Source: Limisphaerales bacterium
GTDB taxonomy: Bacteria > Verrucomicrobiota > Verrucomicrobiia > Limisphaerales > JAJOIW01
NCBI GenBank assembly: GCA_965657355.1
Contig: CBFHOE010000011.1
Span: forward strand, 32,001 to 96,000
DNA: 64,000 nt
Reading direction: 5' to 3'
In this document: positions 37,973 through 47,346 of the stretch, in pieces
Layout of the letters: each line of letters opens with the position of its first letter
Numbering within the stretch: the stretch's first letter is position 1
The notes under the pieces: model-generated
What the model was told of the DNA's origin: nothing
Seen by the model: the letters and a program-made list of their open reading frames with translations, nothing else
Database searches by the model: none
Position numbers and translations under genes: made by a program

Positions 37973-38740
37973 ATGCTTGATGATGTTGAGGTCATTTCCC
38001 TTGATGCGGGAGGCACTTTATTTTCCCCATCCCCGTCTGTTGGTCACATTTATGAAAAGATCGCCATTAGTAGAAAAATAAAACCCCCGTCTGCTGAATC
38101 CATGAATTTAAAATTCAAGGAATACTGGCAAAAGACAGCAGGGTTTGATTTCAGCAAAAAAGCTTGGAAAGAGGTGGTAGATTATTGCTTTCTTCAGACA
38201 TGCCCAGAGGGGGTAGATCAAGACCTCTTTGATAACATTTACCTTGCCTTCGAAAATATAGAAAATTGGAAACTCTATTCGGATGTTGAATTAGCATTAG
38301 ATCTATTCCAACAAAATGGCAAAATGATAGTCATTTCTTCTAACTGGGATGAAAGACTAAAATCGCTTATATCGGGTTTTGGACTAGAGCACCACCTGAG
38401 TGGAATATTTGTGTCCCATGAAATTGGATTTACCAAACCATCACCCCGATTTTTTAATTCAATATTAGACCGAATTAAATGTGCTCCGTCGCAAATACTT
38501 CATATCGGCGATGATTATGAAAAAGATTATCTCGGCGCAAAAAAGGCTGGTTTCAAATCGCTTTTACTGAACAGAAGTGAAACAAAAACAGGCGACCCCG
38601 CAGAACCGAAAGACATAATTCACTCGTTGATTGATACTTTAAACTTTTCCTCCCTTCCAACGATCAGCTTAGACGATGTCCCGGAGTCAGCAAAAGATGT
38701 TGAATTCTATCACGTCGAAGAACCAGATAAAGAGACATAA
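37973..38740 (+). CDS. HAD-IA family hydrolase (REG-2-like)
   Basis: 'LDAGGTL', 'SNWD', 'KPSP', 'HIGDD...D..GAKKAG'. Confidence 0.88.
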   Translation: MLDDVEVISLDAGGTLFSPSPSVGHIYEKIAISRKIKPPSAESMNLKFKEYWQKTAGFDFSKKAWKEVVDYCFLQTCPEGVDQDLFDNIYLAFENIENWKLYSDVELALDLFQQNGKMIVISSNWDERLKSLISGFGLEHHLSGIFVSHEIGFTKPSPRFFNSILDRIKCAPSQILHIGDDYEKDYLGAKKAGFKSLLLNRSETKTGDPAEPKDIIHSLIDTLNFSSLPTISLDDVPESAKDVEFYHVEEPDKET

Positions 38741-38803
38741 ACTGAATGGATCAGCGGTCTAGCCGCTAATCTCCGGACTCAATTTTCAAAATGCGTCCGA
38801 CGC

Positions 38804-39838
38804 CTACTCTTGGGAAGAGATTAGCAACCGGTAGAACTTTTGGCCTGCTTCAACTATCGGGCCAAGATTCTCGATATAGGGCTCAAGCGAATCGACAGGA
38901 GGCAGAGCTGTGAGATCCTGCCAGGACCCGGAGGTTATATCCTCCGACGCCTGGAGAGTATACGATCTTCCCGGGCGTCTTTCAAAGCTGACACTAACCG
39001 AACCATCGACCAGAGAAATGTCAATATTCTGAATCGAATCCGCCCACTTTCTGAGCTCAGAGAAATTCTGACTTATAGTTCCAGACGACCAAATATTTTT
39101 GGAACCAAAAGAACTACTACTTCCGTCGTTGTAGTCAAATATGCTTATTTCGGTTCCGGGGTCGAACTCAAGCTTGCCGACTTCCCGAGAGCTCAAAGAC
39201 CCACCAAATCCTGATATGGCTTCACCAACAGGCCCCCATAAGACCTCAGGATTTTCTGAATTTGAGGCATTCACTAAACGAATTTCCCAATCATCATTTC
39301 CAACCGAAAAATTACCAGGCTCATCGCCAGAAACATTCGTCACCGTCGTGATATAATCTGGGTCACCGCTCCAAACATGAATCCACCAGTCTCCTGTAGA
39401 AGGGGAAAATGAAGTGTCGCTTTGGGTAATAAAATCATCACCAGCTTCGTTTTTAATGATTTCCTTCTCAGCAATCGTAATAATAGTACCCGATCTTAGT
39501 GAGCTCCATAATTTGTTTTCACTGAACTTTATTATACCTTGGTCAATGCCGGGGCGTGTTTCGTCCCAGATAGTCTCAGATGGGGGAGTGTCTGTTTCTT
39601 CAGCCCACCAGAGCTCTAAGCCTCGAATATCGATAAAGTCCTCGATGACAACAAGTTCTATCCAGTTCCCACCATTTCCTTCAATTCGGCCTAAATTGAC
39701 ATCTGATTTTTCATCCTTGAGGAATTTAGAGCCGCTGACCGTATTGTATTCATTGAGAATAATTTTTTCAAAGGCGTTAATGCTTGGACAAAAAGCAAAA
39801 AGAGACAAAGCTAAAAGAGGTATTCTTTTAAAAAACAT
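38804..39838 (-). CDS. Secreted acidic protein with lamin-tail-like beta domain and distinct C-terminal domain
   Basis: Signal peptide; 'IILNEY...WIELVV' resembles a lamin-tail domain start; C-terminal 'YTLQASED...W...FYRL'. Confidence 0.65.
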   Translation of the reverse strand: MFFKRIPLLALSLFAFCPSINAFEKIILNEYNTVSGSKFLKDEKSDVNLGRIEGNGGNWIELVVIEDFIDIRGLELWWAEETDTPPSETIWDETRPGIDQGIIKFSENKLWSSLRSGTIITIAEKEIIKNEAGDDFITQSDTSFSPSTGDWWIHVWSGDPDYITTVTNVSGDEPGNFSVGNDDWEIRLVNASNSENPEVLWGPVGEAISGFGGSLSSREVGKLEFDPGTEISIFDYNDGSSSSFGSKNIWSSGTISQNFSELRKWADSIQNIDISLVDGSVSVSFERRPGRSYTLQASEDITSGSWQDLTALPPVDSLEPYIENLGPIVEAGQKFYRLLISSQE

Positions 39839-39999
39839 AAAATGGTCCTAGTTGATCGATACTGAATTTAAACTACCATAGTTATTTGACGCGCGAAACA
39901 GCATATAATTGCTAGTAAGTTACAAATTTGCAAAACTATTTGACCTTAACCGTAGATCAGACTTGAGTTCACAGCTTTTTTACACAACTTTGCATTGCC

Positions 40000-41406
40000 T
40001 TGGATTTTGATGTTATAATTATTGGAAGTGGAGCCGGTGGTGGATTTGCGGCCCTTAACCTAGCTGCCTCACAGAAAAAAGTTCTTCTTATTGAAAGAGG
40101 TCCTGATCCATATTCACCTAGGCCACCTCATTCAAATGTTCCATTCAAGCATATTACTGATGATAGGAAATATGATTTGAATGGATCAAAAAGTCACTTA
40201 TTCATGGGCGATGGCATTGGTGGTAGCAGCTCCATTTATGGTGCAGTCCTTCTCAGGCCTAAGCCTGAGGATTTTACGCCTGGAAAACATCTGTCGAAAT
40301 ACCTGCATCCAGACGATTATGAATGGCCTGTATCCTTTGAAGAATTTGTCCCTTATTTTGAGAAAATAGAAAATCACTTCAACATGGAGCCATTCCAACA
40401 AGATAACTATGGACCTCCAGAAGATCTCGCACCCATTAATTCCGCTATTGCCAGAAATTGGAGAAAAAATGGTCACAACTCAGGTATCCTTCCTCTCGCC
40501 ATTGACCGAAAAAAATGTATCAAATGTCCGGATTGCCCTGGATACGTGTGCCCGACCGAAGCGCGAGGCACTACTCGGACCGCCCTTGTAAAATACACTA
40601 AAGAAAATTCGAATCTCACAATGATGACCGATACTGTGGCTCTGTCCATCGACCACAAATCATCAACAGTGAAAATCAAATCTTTGACTGATGGAAAAGT
40701 AAAAGAATTAAAAGCAACAAAGATCATACTAAGTGCCGGAGCGATAAATTCAGCCGCCATTCTTCTTCGATCTGGATTTCAGGAACATTACCCAAGCCTG
40801 GGATCATGCTTCATGTATCACGCCGGAGCTGTATCATTCTCGCTTTTCGGAAGAAAAACTGAAGGAGGAGAAAAATTCATAAAACAACTGGGACTTGATG
40901 ATTATTATTTTGGCACTGAGGATTTCAAGCATAAGTTAGGAATCTTTCAATCATTACCAACCCCGCGTGCGGCCACCAGGCCGGTAAGAAATCATTTATA
41001 CTTGATGATGGCCACAGTAGAGGACTTACCAGTTCCAACGAATCGAGTAAAAATAGATTCTGAAGGAAAGCCAGTTGTTTTTCATAAATTTCATAAATAC
41101 GATATCTACAGATCGACTTATTCAAAAAAACTATTGAGAAGACTCATGAAGCAAGCCGGAGCTATCGGTTCTTTTGCTGTAACGGCCCAATGGAATAAAA
41201 CGCATGTGGGCCACCAAGTAGGAACCATAAGATTCGGCCGCTCTGCTAAAACATCTGTCCTCGACAAATGGTGCCGCCCTCACGGCATGGAAAATATATA
41301 TGTCTTGGATGGCGGATTTATGCCCACATCGATGGGCGCCAGCCCGGCACTGACTATCATGGCAAACGCTCTGCGTGTCTCGGACTATATAGCAAAATCT
41401 TTTTGA
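40000..41406 (+). CDS. GMC family FAD oxidoreductase
   Basis: 'GSGAGG', 'GIGGSSSIYGA', Cys cluster 'CIKCPDCPGYVC', 'SAGAINSA', 'HQVGT', 'PALTIMANALR'. TTG start. Confidence 0.9.
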   Translation: MDFDVIIIGSGAGGGFAALNLAASQKKVLLIERGPDPYSPRPPHSNVPFKHITDDRKYDLNGSKSHLFMGDGIGGSSSIYGAVLLRPKPEDFTPGKHLSKYLHPDDYEWPVSFEEFVPYFEKIENHFNMEPFQQDNYGPPEDLAPINSAIARNWRKNGHNSGILPLAIDRKKCIKCPDCPGYVCPTEARGTTRTALVKYTKENSNLTMMTDTVALSIDHKSSTVKIKSLTDGKVKELKATKIILSAGAINSAAILLRSGFQEHYPSLGSCFMYHAGAVSFSLFGRKTEGGEKFIKQLGLDDYYFGTEDFKHKLGIFQSLPTPRAATRPVRNHLYLMMATVEDLPVPTNRVKIDSEGKPVVFHKFHKYDIYRSTYSKKLLRRLMKQAGAIGSFAVTAQWNKTHVGHQVGTIRFGRSAKTSVLDKWCRPHGMENIYVLDGGFMPTSMGASPALTIMANALRVSDYIAKSF

Positions 41407-41440
41407 TTGTTATCACATTAAAAAAACAAAAACACAGGAA

Positions 41441-42232
41441 ATGCAGAAAGTTATCATCACAGGAATTTCAGGAGTTCTGGGAAAGGCGTTAGCCAAAAAA
41501 TATAAATCGCTTGGATGCCATGTCATTGGCGTAACCCGCAGGACTGATTTCAGTGACCCTAATGTCGATGATATTATAGTATCGGAGCAAAGGAGTATTG
41601 AGGATGCACAGACAATTCTTAGTCACAAGCCGGATATCCTGTTTCTGAATGCCGGACAAATAGAAAAAGAGATTGGCCCCGCCGGTGAACCATTGACTGA
41701 GACCTCAGCATCCATGAACATTGTCAATTACTTATGGCCTTGCGATGTCACAATGGTTGCTTGCCAGCAACAATGGGAAAAGCCAATTGAAATAATAGCA
41801 ATAGGTTCTATCGCTGATTGCTGCCCTTCGAGCTTTGGCCCGGTCTACCATGCAGGGAAAATCGCCATCCATTACTTCTGGACCGGTACCGGTCCTATCA
41901 TTTGGTTTGGAAGTAAGCAAAAAATAAAGATGAGGCTGTATCGCCCGGGAGCCATTCAATCCGATTTAGCCTGGGCCCCTGCGAACCGACTCTCTCCAAA
42001 TGGTAAAGGTATAAAGATGCGAAAAAAACGAGTAGATGGAGCACCTGATGGAGATAGGGTTGCAGAAAGAATTCATAAATGGTCACTCAAGAAAAATGCT
42101 TGGGTAGGCACGTATGATGAGCCACTATCATTTAAAGCCCTAAAGGTTCTCTTTAGCTTATTTCCAAATCTTTTCTATCGAATCCAACTTTTGGGATGGA
42201 AAAAGGAAAGTAAATTTGCCCCAGACAAATAA
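41441..42232 (+). CDS. Short-chain dehydrogenase/reductase, divergent
   Basis: 'ITGISGVLG', 'LNAG', 'GS', YxxxK 'YHAGK', 'PGAI'. Confidence 0.78.
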   Translation: MQKVIITGISGVLGKALAKKYKSLGCHVIGVTRRTDFSDPNVDDIIVSEQRSIEDAQTILSHKPDILFLNAGQIEKEIGPAGEPLTETSASMNIVNYLWPCDVTMVACQQQWEKPIEIIAIGSIADCCPSSFGPVYHAGKIAIHYFWTGTGPIIWFGSKQKIKMRLYRPGAIQSDLAWAPANRLSPNGKGIKMRKKRVDGAPDGDRVAERIHKWSLKKNAWVGTYDEPLSFKALKVLFSLFPNLFYRIQLLGWKKESKFAPDK

Positions 42233-42236
42233 GCCA

Positions 42237-42776
42237 CTACGCTTTATGTCTGAAATACTCGTTGGATTTTTGGGAGTATAATACCCTGTCGGCAACAATG
42301 AGTGCCCCAATCAATAAAGGAGGTAGAATTATTTTTTCTGGATCCGAAAATTTTTCATTTATGAGATCCACAGACCAACCCGCTGCTACGGCAACCATGC
42401 TCATATAAACGAGCAGTTTGACAAAGGCTCGGCAAAAAGCTCGTCCAAATATCAATCCCCCTCCCAGCGGTAGAAGAATAGTTCCCACCTGCGGTATTTC
42501 GCCATGCTCAATAACCTGACTAAAGTTCCCTACCATTGCGAAGAATCCCATCAAGGTGAAGATAGCGCCTAAAGATAATAATACCTTAGGGTAAGCCCCC
42601 GGCGTTAGTTGTGTTCGTTTGACGAAAACTAATACAACTCCCAATGGCAAAAGGAAACCAGCTGGATTCCATCTAAGATCATGCCTATCGATAATAGCCA
42701 TAAGCTGCCACGCACTCAACCCACCCAGGGCACAGAGTATAAGTCCAATGGTGATAATCCTTTTGGGCATTCTCAA
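42237..42776 (-). CDS. Hypothetical membrane protein
   Basis: 179 aa, about 6 hydrophobic segments; a twice-occurring 'LLPLG' motif hints at internal duplication. TTG start (ATG two codons later). Confidence 0.65.
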   Translation of the reverse strand: MRMPKRIITIGLILCALGGLSAWQLMAIIDRHDLRWNPAGFLLPLGVVLVFVKRTQLTPGAYPKVLLSLGAIFTLMGFFAMVGNFSQVIEHGEIPQVGTILLPLGGGLIFGRAFCRAFVKLLVYMSMVAVAAGWSVDLINEKFSDPEKIILPPLLIGALIVADRVLYSQKSNEYFRHKA

Positions 42777-42797
42777 GGATTTAAAACTTTATGCATG

Positions 42798-42829
42798 AAA
42801 AAACCAGCCGAAGAATACTTCGGCTGGTT
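42798..42829 (-). terminator. Intrinsic terminator of fusA
   Basis: AACCAGCCGAAG-4nt-CTTCGGCTGGTT followed by a T-run on the minus strand. Confidence 0.85.
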
Positions 42830-42854
42830 GAAATACAAACTTCGTTATCGAAAA

Positions 42855-44927
42855 TCACTTATCCTTGCGGGCAGCGATAACCTCTTCGGCGATATTGCTC
42901 GGGGTGTCGGCATAGTGCGAGAATTCCATGGAAAACTGACCGCGACCGGATGTCATGGACCTCAAATCGCCAATGTAGCCAAACATCTCACTTAGCGGGG
43001 CTTCAGCTTTGATTCTTACACCGGTAGCTCCAGCCTCCTGGGCACTTACCAAACCACGTCTTCGTGAAACGTCCCCAATCACGTCCCCGACGTGATCGTC
43101 AGGAGTGAATACATCGAGTTTCATAATAGGCTCAAGAATCTTAGGCCCAGCTTTGGGTATAGATTGACGATACGCCGCTTTGGCTGCTAATTCAAAAGCC
43201 ACTGCCGATGAATCAACCGCATGAAAGGCTCCATCGTAAAGAGTCACCTTAAGATCCATCAGGGGATACTTAGCCAAAACTCCAAATGCTGAGGAATTTT
43301 TGAAGCCTTTCTCGACAGCAGGCCAAAATTCCTTAGGAACGTTTCCTCCAACAACTTTGGATTCGAAAGAGAATCCAGAACCGGCTTCACCTGGTTCGAT
43401 GATATAATCGATTTTACCGAATTGACCAGAGCCACCAGATTGTTTTTTGTGGGTGTAAGAGTCTTCGATTCTCTGGGAAACCGCCTCACGATAGGCTACC
43501 TGAGGTTTACCCACTTCCACTTCTACACCGTGGGTTCTTTTGAGGATGTCGACTTTAATATCAAGATGGAGTTCCCCCATTCCCTTGAGGATTGTTTCCC
43601 CGCTCTCTTCGTCTGTTTCAACTCGGAATGAAGGATCCTCTGCGATCATTTTCCCAAGGGCGTTCGCCAATTTATCAACTTGTCCCTTTTCTTTAGGAGC
43701 AATCGCAATCGAAATAACAGGGTCAGGAAATACCATTGGTTCCAAGGTCGCAGGATCACTAGGATCTGCGAGAGTGTGCCCGGTCTGGGTATTCTTCATG
43801 CCCAAAAGAGCAACAATATCACCTGCTGATGCCTCATCTAATTCTTCACGATCATCAGCGTGCATGAGAACGATTCGACTTATCCTTTCTTCCTTTCCTG
43901 TGTAAGTATTAAGAATGTTCTGCCCTTTCCTCATCTTGCCGGAGTAGACACGCACGAATGTTAAAGCGCCATATCTGTCATCCATGATTTTGAATGCTAG
44001 TGAGCGAAGTGGTCGGTCAGGATCCACAATAGCTTTTTCACCGGTTTCATTACCTTCTAGGTCGACCTCCGGCTGAGGATTCACATCTTTAGGATTAGGA
44101 AGAAAATCAACAACGGCATCAAGCACTAGCTGGACGCCTTTATTTTTGAACGAAGAACCACAATAGGCAGGAAAGAAATCGAGATTGATAGTCCCCTTGC
44201 GAATGCATTTTTTGATGGTGTCGATATCAGGCTCATTCCCTTCAAGATACTCCATCATGACCTCTTCATCTGTCTCAACCGCGGTCTCGATCAGCAACGA
44301 ACGATATTCCTCTACCTTATCTTTCATGTCATCAGGAACATCTTCGATGGTGTAATTTTCAGGTTGACCAGAATCATCCCAGACCCATGCTTTTCGAGTC
44401 AGCAGATCAACAACCCCTTTAAAAGTATCCTGTTCACCGATCGGCAGCACCATGATCAGAGGCTTCGCAGCTAGGATGTTTTTGGTTTGATCTATAACCC
44501 TGTAAAAATCTGCGCCTACTCTGTCGAGCTTGTTCACATAGATTATGCGCGCGACTCCCGACTCGTTCGCATAACGCCAGTTGGTTTCAGATTGTGGTTC
44601 AACACCGCCAGAGCCGCAGAAAACACCAACACCACCATCTAAAACTTTTAGCGAACGATAAACCTCAATGGTAAAATCAACGTGTCCGGGGGTATCGATA
44701 ATGTTTAATCGGTGGTCTCTCCAAAAGCAAGTCGTCGCAGCTGACTGAATGGTAATACCACGCTCCTGTTCCTGTTCCATGAAGTCAGTGGTTGCTTCAC
44801 CATCATGAACTTCACCTTGCTTGTGAATCTTGCCTGTGAGTTTAAGTATGCGCTCCGTGGTTGTGGTCTTTCCAGCATCCACGTGGGCAAAGATACCGAT
44901 ATTTCTGTATCGGGATAAGTCTATCAT
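42855..44927 (-). CDS. fusA: Elongation factor G, stand-alone copy outside the str operon
   Basis: 'AHVDAGKTT', 'ERGITI', 'DTPGHVDF', 'NKLD', 'GMGELHL', 'HAVDSS'; 690 aa. Confidence 0.97.
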   Translation of the reverse strand: MIDLSRYRNIGIFAHVDAGKTTTTERILKLTGKIHKQGEVHDGEATTDFMEQEQERGITIQSAATTCFWRDHRLNIIDTPGHVDFTIEVYRSLKVLDGGVGVFCGSGGVEPQSETNWRYANESGVARIIYVNKLDRVGADFYRVIDQTKNILAAKPLIMVLPIGEQDTFKGVVDLLTRKAWVWDDSGQPENYTIEDVPDDMKDKVEEYRSLLIETAVETDEEVMMEYLEGNEPDIDTIKKCIRKGTINLDFFPAYCGSSFKNKGVQLVLDAVVDFLPNPKDVNPQPEVDLEGNETGEKAIVDPDRPLRSLAFKIMDDRYGALTFVRVYSGKMRKGQNILNTYTGKEERISRIVLMHADDREELDEASAGDIVALLGMKNTQTGHTLADPSDPATLEPMVFPDPVISIAIAPKEKGQVDKLANALGKMIAEDPSFRVETDEESGETILKGMGELHLDIKVDILKRTHGVEVEVGKPQVAYREAVSQRIEDSYTHKKQSGGSGQFGKIDYIIEPGEAGSGFSFESKVVGGNVPKEFWPAVEKGFKNSSAFGVLAKYPLMDLKVTLYDGAFHAVDSSAVAFELAAKAAYRQSIPKAGPKILEPIMKLDVFTPDDHVGDVIGDVSRRRGLVSAQEAGATGVRIKAEAPLSEMFGYIGDLRSMTSGRGQFSMEFSHYADTPSNIAEEVIAARKDK

Positions 44928-45148
44928 TTTTTGCTTAATTTTCTGATCTCGGCGAAACCGTTTCGCTCGGACAAATATTGCTAGTCAAAGATTGTATTTT
45001 GGCAACATCAGATTCACGTTTTTTTGATAGTTTTTTGGATTTTTTTCATATTTCGGTCAAGACAAGCCACAAAAGAGACATCTTGACACACTTTGCCTCA
45101 AAAATTTTGGAGACGACTTGTTTTCGACCTATTTCGTAGCGCAAGGTA

Positions 45149-45805
45149 TTGGAAGTGAAAATTCTGGAAATTATTCGATCTAGGAAAACAGAAAAAGTTT
45201 TGGCGGATCCTGAGAATCCATGGCCAGTAGTTCAAAATTCAGCCATTCCCATCGATGCTATTCTTGAAGCTGGCAGGTGGGCTCCATTTCATTATCCATC
45301 ACACAAACAACATCGCGGGCACAGTGATGATATCTTGCCATGGCATGCTTACACGCTGGACTCGCAGGCATGCAGGATTTTGTTAAAAAAACTCATGGAT
45401 TCTGGATTGGACGGAGGAAAAATCTTTGGCCTTCTGGCAGCGGCTGAATTCACAATTTTAGTTACGTGGAAGCCGAACCCTGAATTAAATAAAGATTCCG
45501 TCGATGAATATTATCCATCTTTGGAAAACATGGAGCATATAGCCGCGGCTTCCGCAGCTATACAGAACATGCTCCTCCAAGCTACCGAGGCATCAGCACC
45601 AAATTACTGGTCCAGTGGAGGCATTCTTCGAGAGTCCCTGGCCAGAGACCTTGTGGGGATCCCTTGTGGACAAATTCTTCTCGGAGCTCTTTTTCTTTTT
45701 CCCAAAAAAGAACTTTTTCCCACCCCACCGGTTAAGATTGTTCCTGGTAAGTTGAGACACAGTCGACCAAAAGAGAATATTTGGACAACTTCAGTTTCGT
45801 TATAA
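45149..45805 (+). CDS. Nitroreductase family protein
   Basis: 'IIRSRKT', 'AGRWAPFH', 'AASAAIQNMLL', 'YWSSG'. TTG start. Confidence 0.8.
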   Translation: MEVKILEIIRSRKTEKVLADPENPWPVVQNSAIPIDAILEAGRWAPFHYPSHKQHRGHSDDILPWHAYTLDSQACRILLKKLMDSGLDGGKIFGLLAAAEFTILVTWKPNPELNKDSVDEYYPSLENMEHIAAASAAIQNMLLQATEASAPNYWSSGGILRESLARDLVGIPCGQILLGALFLFPKKELFPTPPVKIVPGKLRHSRPKENIWTTSVSL

Positions 45806-45930
45806 TGTCACAAATTAAAATTATATTCACAAAATAAGACAAATCTACTTTTCGCCAGGTTTTCAGCGTATTCAAATGCTTTGACTTTTGCGGTAATTTT
45901 GCCGAATTTAATGAAGTAACCCACATTCCT

Positions 45931-47301
45931 ATGCTCACAATCCCTGGAGAAAGCCACAAATTCTGCGATGGCCATACTCGTAGAAACTTCTTAAAAATCG
46001 GTTCCCTTGGACTTGGAGGGTTGTCATTACCCCAAATTTTGGAGGCTCAGGAAAATTCGAAGAACAAGGAATCAAAGATTAATAACACAAATTCGATTCC
46101 TAAGGAGAAGTCCGTAATCATGATTTTCTTGCCGGGAGGCCCCCCGCATCAAGACATGTGGGACTTAAAAATGGACGCTCCATCTGAGATTCGGGGAGAG
46201 TTTACCCCCATCAATACCAACGTGCCCGGGATCCAAATTTGCGAGCTTTTTCCAAGACTGGCAAAGCGAATGGATAAACTATCGATTATCCGGTCCATTG
46301 TCGGGGCCAATGGAGCACACGATGCCTTTCAGTGCATGACTGGAAGAGACCTTCGAAACCAACCTACAGGTGGTTGGCCGTCGATGGGATCCGTATTGTC
46401 AAAACTGGGTAGAGCCGTTCAACCAGACATCCCTCCTTTTATCGGGCTGGCCCCTAAAATGGGTGAAATGCGCTGGGCCGACCCGGGCAAACCAGGATTC
46501 TTGGGACCTTCCCACGCTCCTTTCCAGCCAAATGGATTTGGAAAAGAAGACATGGTATTGAACGGGATTAGCTTGGCAAGGCTCAGAGACAGAGAGAACT
46601 TGCTTAAATCATTTGATAATTTCAGAAGATCTGCAGATCAATCTGGACTTATGGATGGACTCGATACTTTTAATAAACAGGCATTTGGAGTACTCACGTC
46701 TAGCCGCTTGGCTAAAGCACTAGATGTTGAAAAAGCGGATCAAAACTTACGAAATCGATACGGCCGTGGATCATCGAAAAACCAGGCTGATGGTGGTCCA
46801 AAACTTTTGGATCAATTCCTAATAGCACGTCGACTCGTTGAGGCGGGCGCACGATGCGTTACTTTAGCGTTCAGTCGTTGGGACTGGCACGGTGGGAATT
46901 TTAAAAGAGCCAGAGAAGACATGCCTATGCTTGATCAAGGGGTCTCAGCCCTTATAGATGATATCTATTCTCGAGGTATGGAAAAAGATGTTTCAGTCAT
47001 CGTATGGGGTGAATTCGGCAGAACCCCAAAAATTAATAAAGATGCAGGACGTGACCACTGGCCACGCGTATCTTGTGCGATGATGTTCGGTGGAGGAATA
47101 AAAACAGGACAAGTGATTGGGGCCACCGATAGACTGGGAGGAGAGGCAATAGAAAGGCCAGTTACATTTGGCGAAGTCTTTGCCACTTTGTATCACAATC
47201 TGGGTATTGATGTTAACAAATTCACGGTCCCAGACCTTACGGGGCGCCCTCAATATCTTGTGGATCCGGGATCACAACCCATGAAAGAATTAATCGGATA
47301 A
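45931..47301 (+). CDS. DUF1501 domain protein with Tat-like leader
   Basis: 'TRRNFL', '[12 protein letters not shown]', 'ARRLVEAG', 'WDWH', 'GEFGRTP', 'GRDHWP'. Confidence 0.92.
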   Translation: MLTIPGESHKFCDGHTRRNFLKIGSLGLGGLSLPQILEAQENSKNKESKINNTNSIPKEKSVIMIFLPGGPPHQDMWDLKMDAPSEIRGEFTPINTNVPGIQICELFPRLAKRMDKLSIIRSIVGANGAHDAFQCMTGRDLRNQPTGGWPSMGSVLSKLGRAVQPDIPPFIGLAPKMGEMRWADPGKPGFLGPSHAPFQPNGFGKEDMVLNGISLARLRDRENLLKSFDNFRRSADQSGLMDGLDTFNKQAFGVLTSSRLAKALDVEKADQNLRNRYGRGSSKNQADGGPKLLDQFLIARRLVEAGARCVTLAFSRWDWHGGNFKRAREDMPMLDQGVSALIDDIYSRGMEKDVSVIVWGEFGRTPKINKDAGRDHWPRVSCAMMFGGGIKTGQVIGATDRLGGEAIERPVTFGEVFATLYHNLGIDVNKFTVPDLTGRPQYLVDPGSQPMKELIG

Positions 47302-47346
47302 CTGACTAAGATATTTTCAAAAAAACACCGCATATCAATAAATCTC

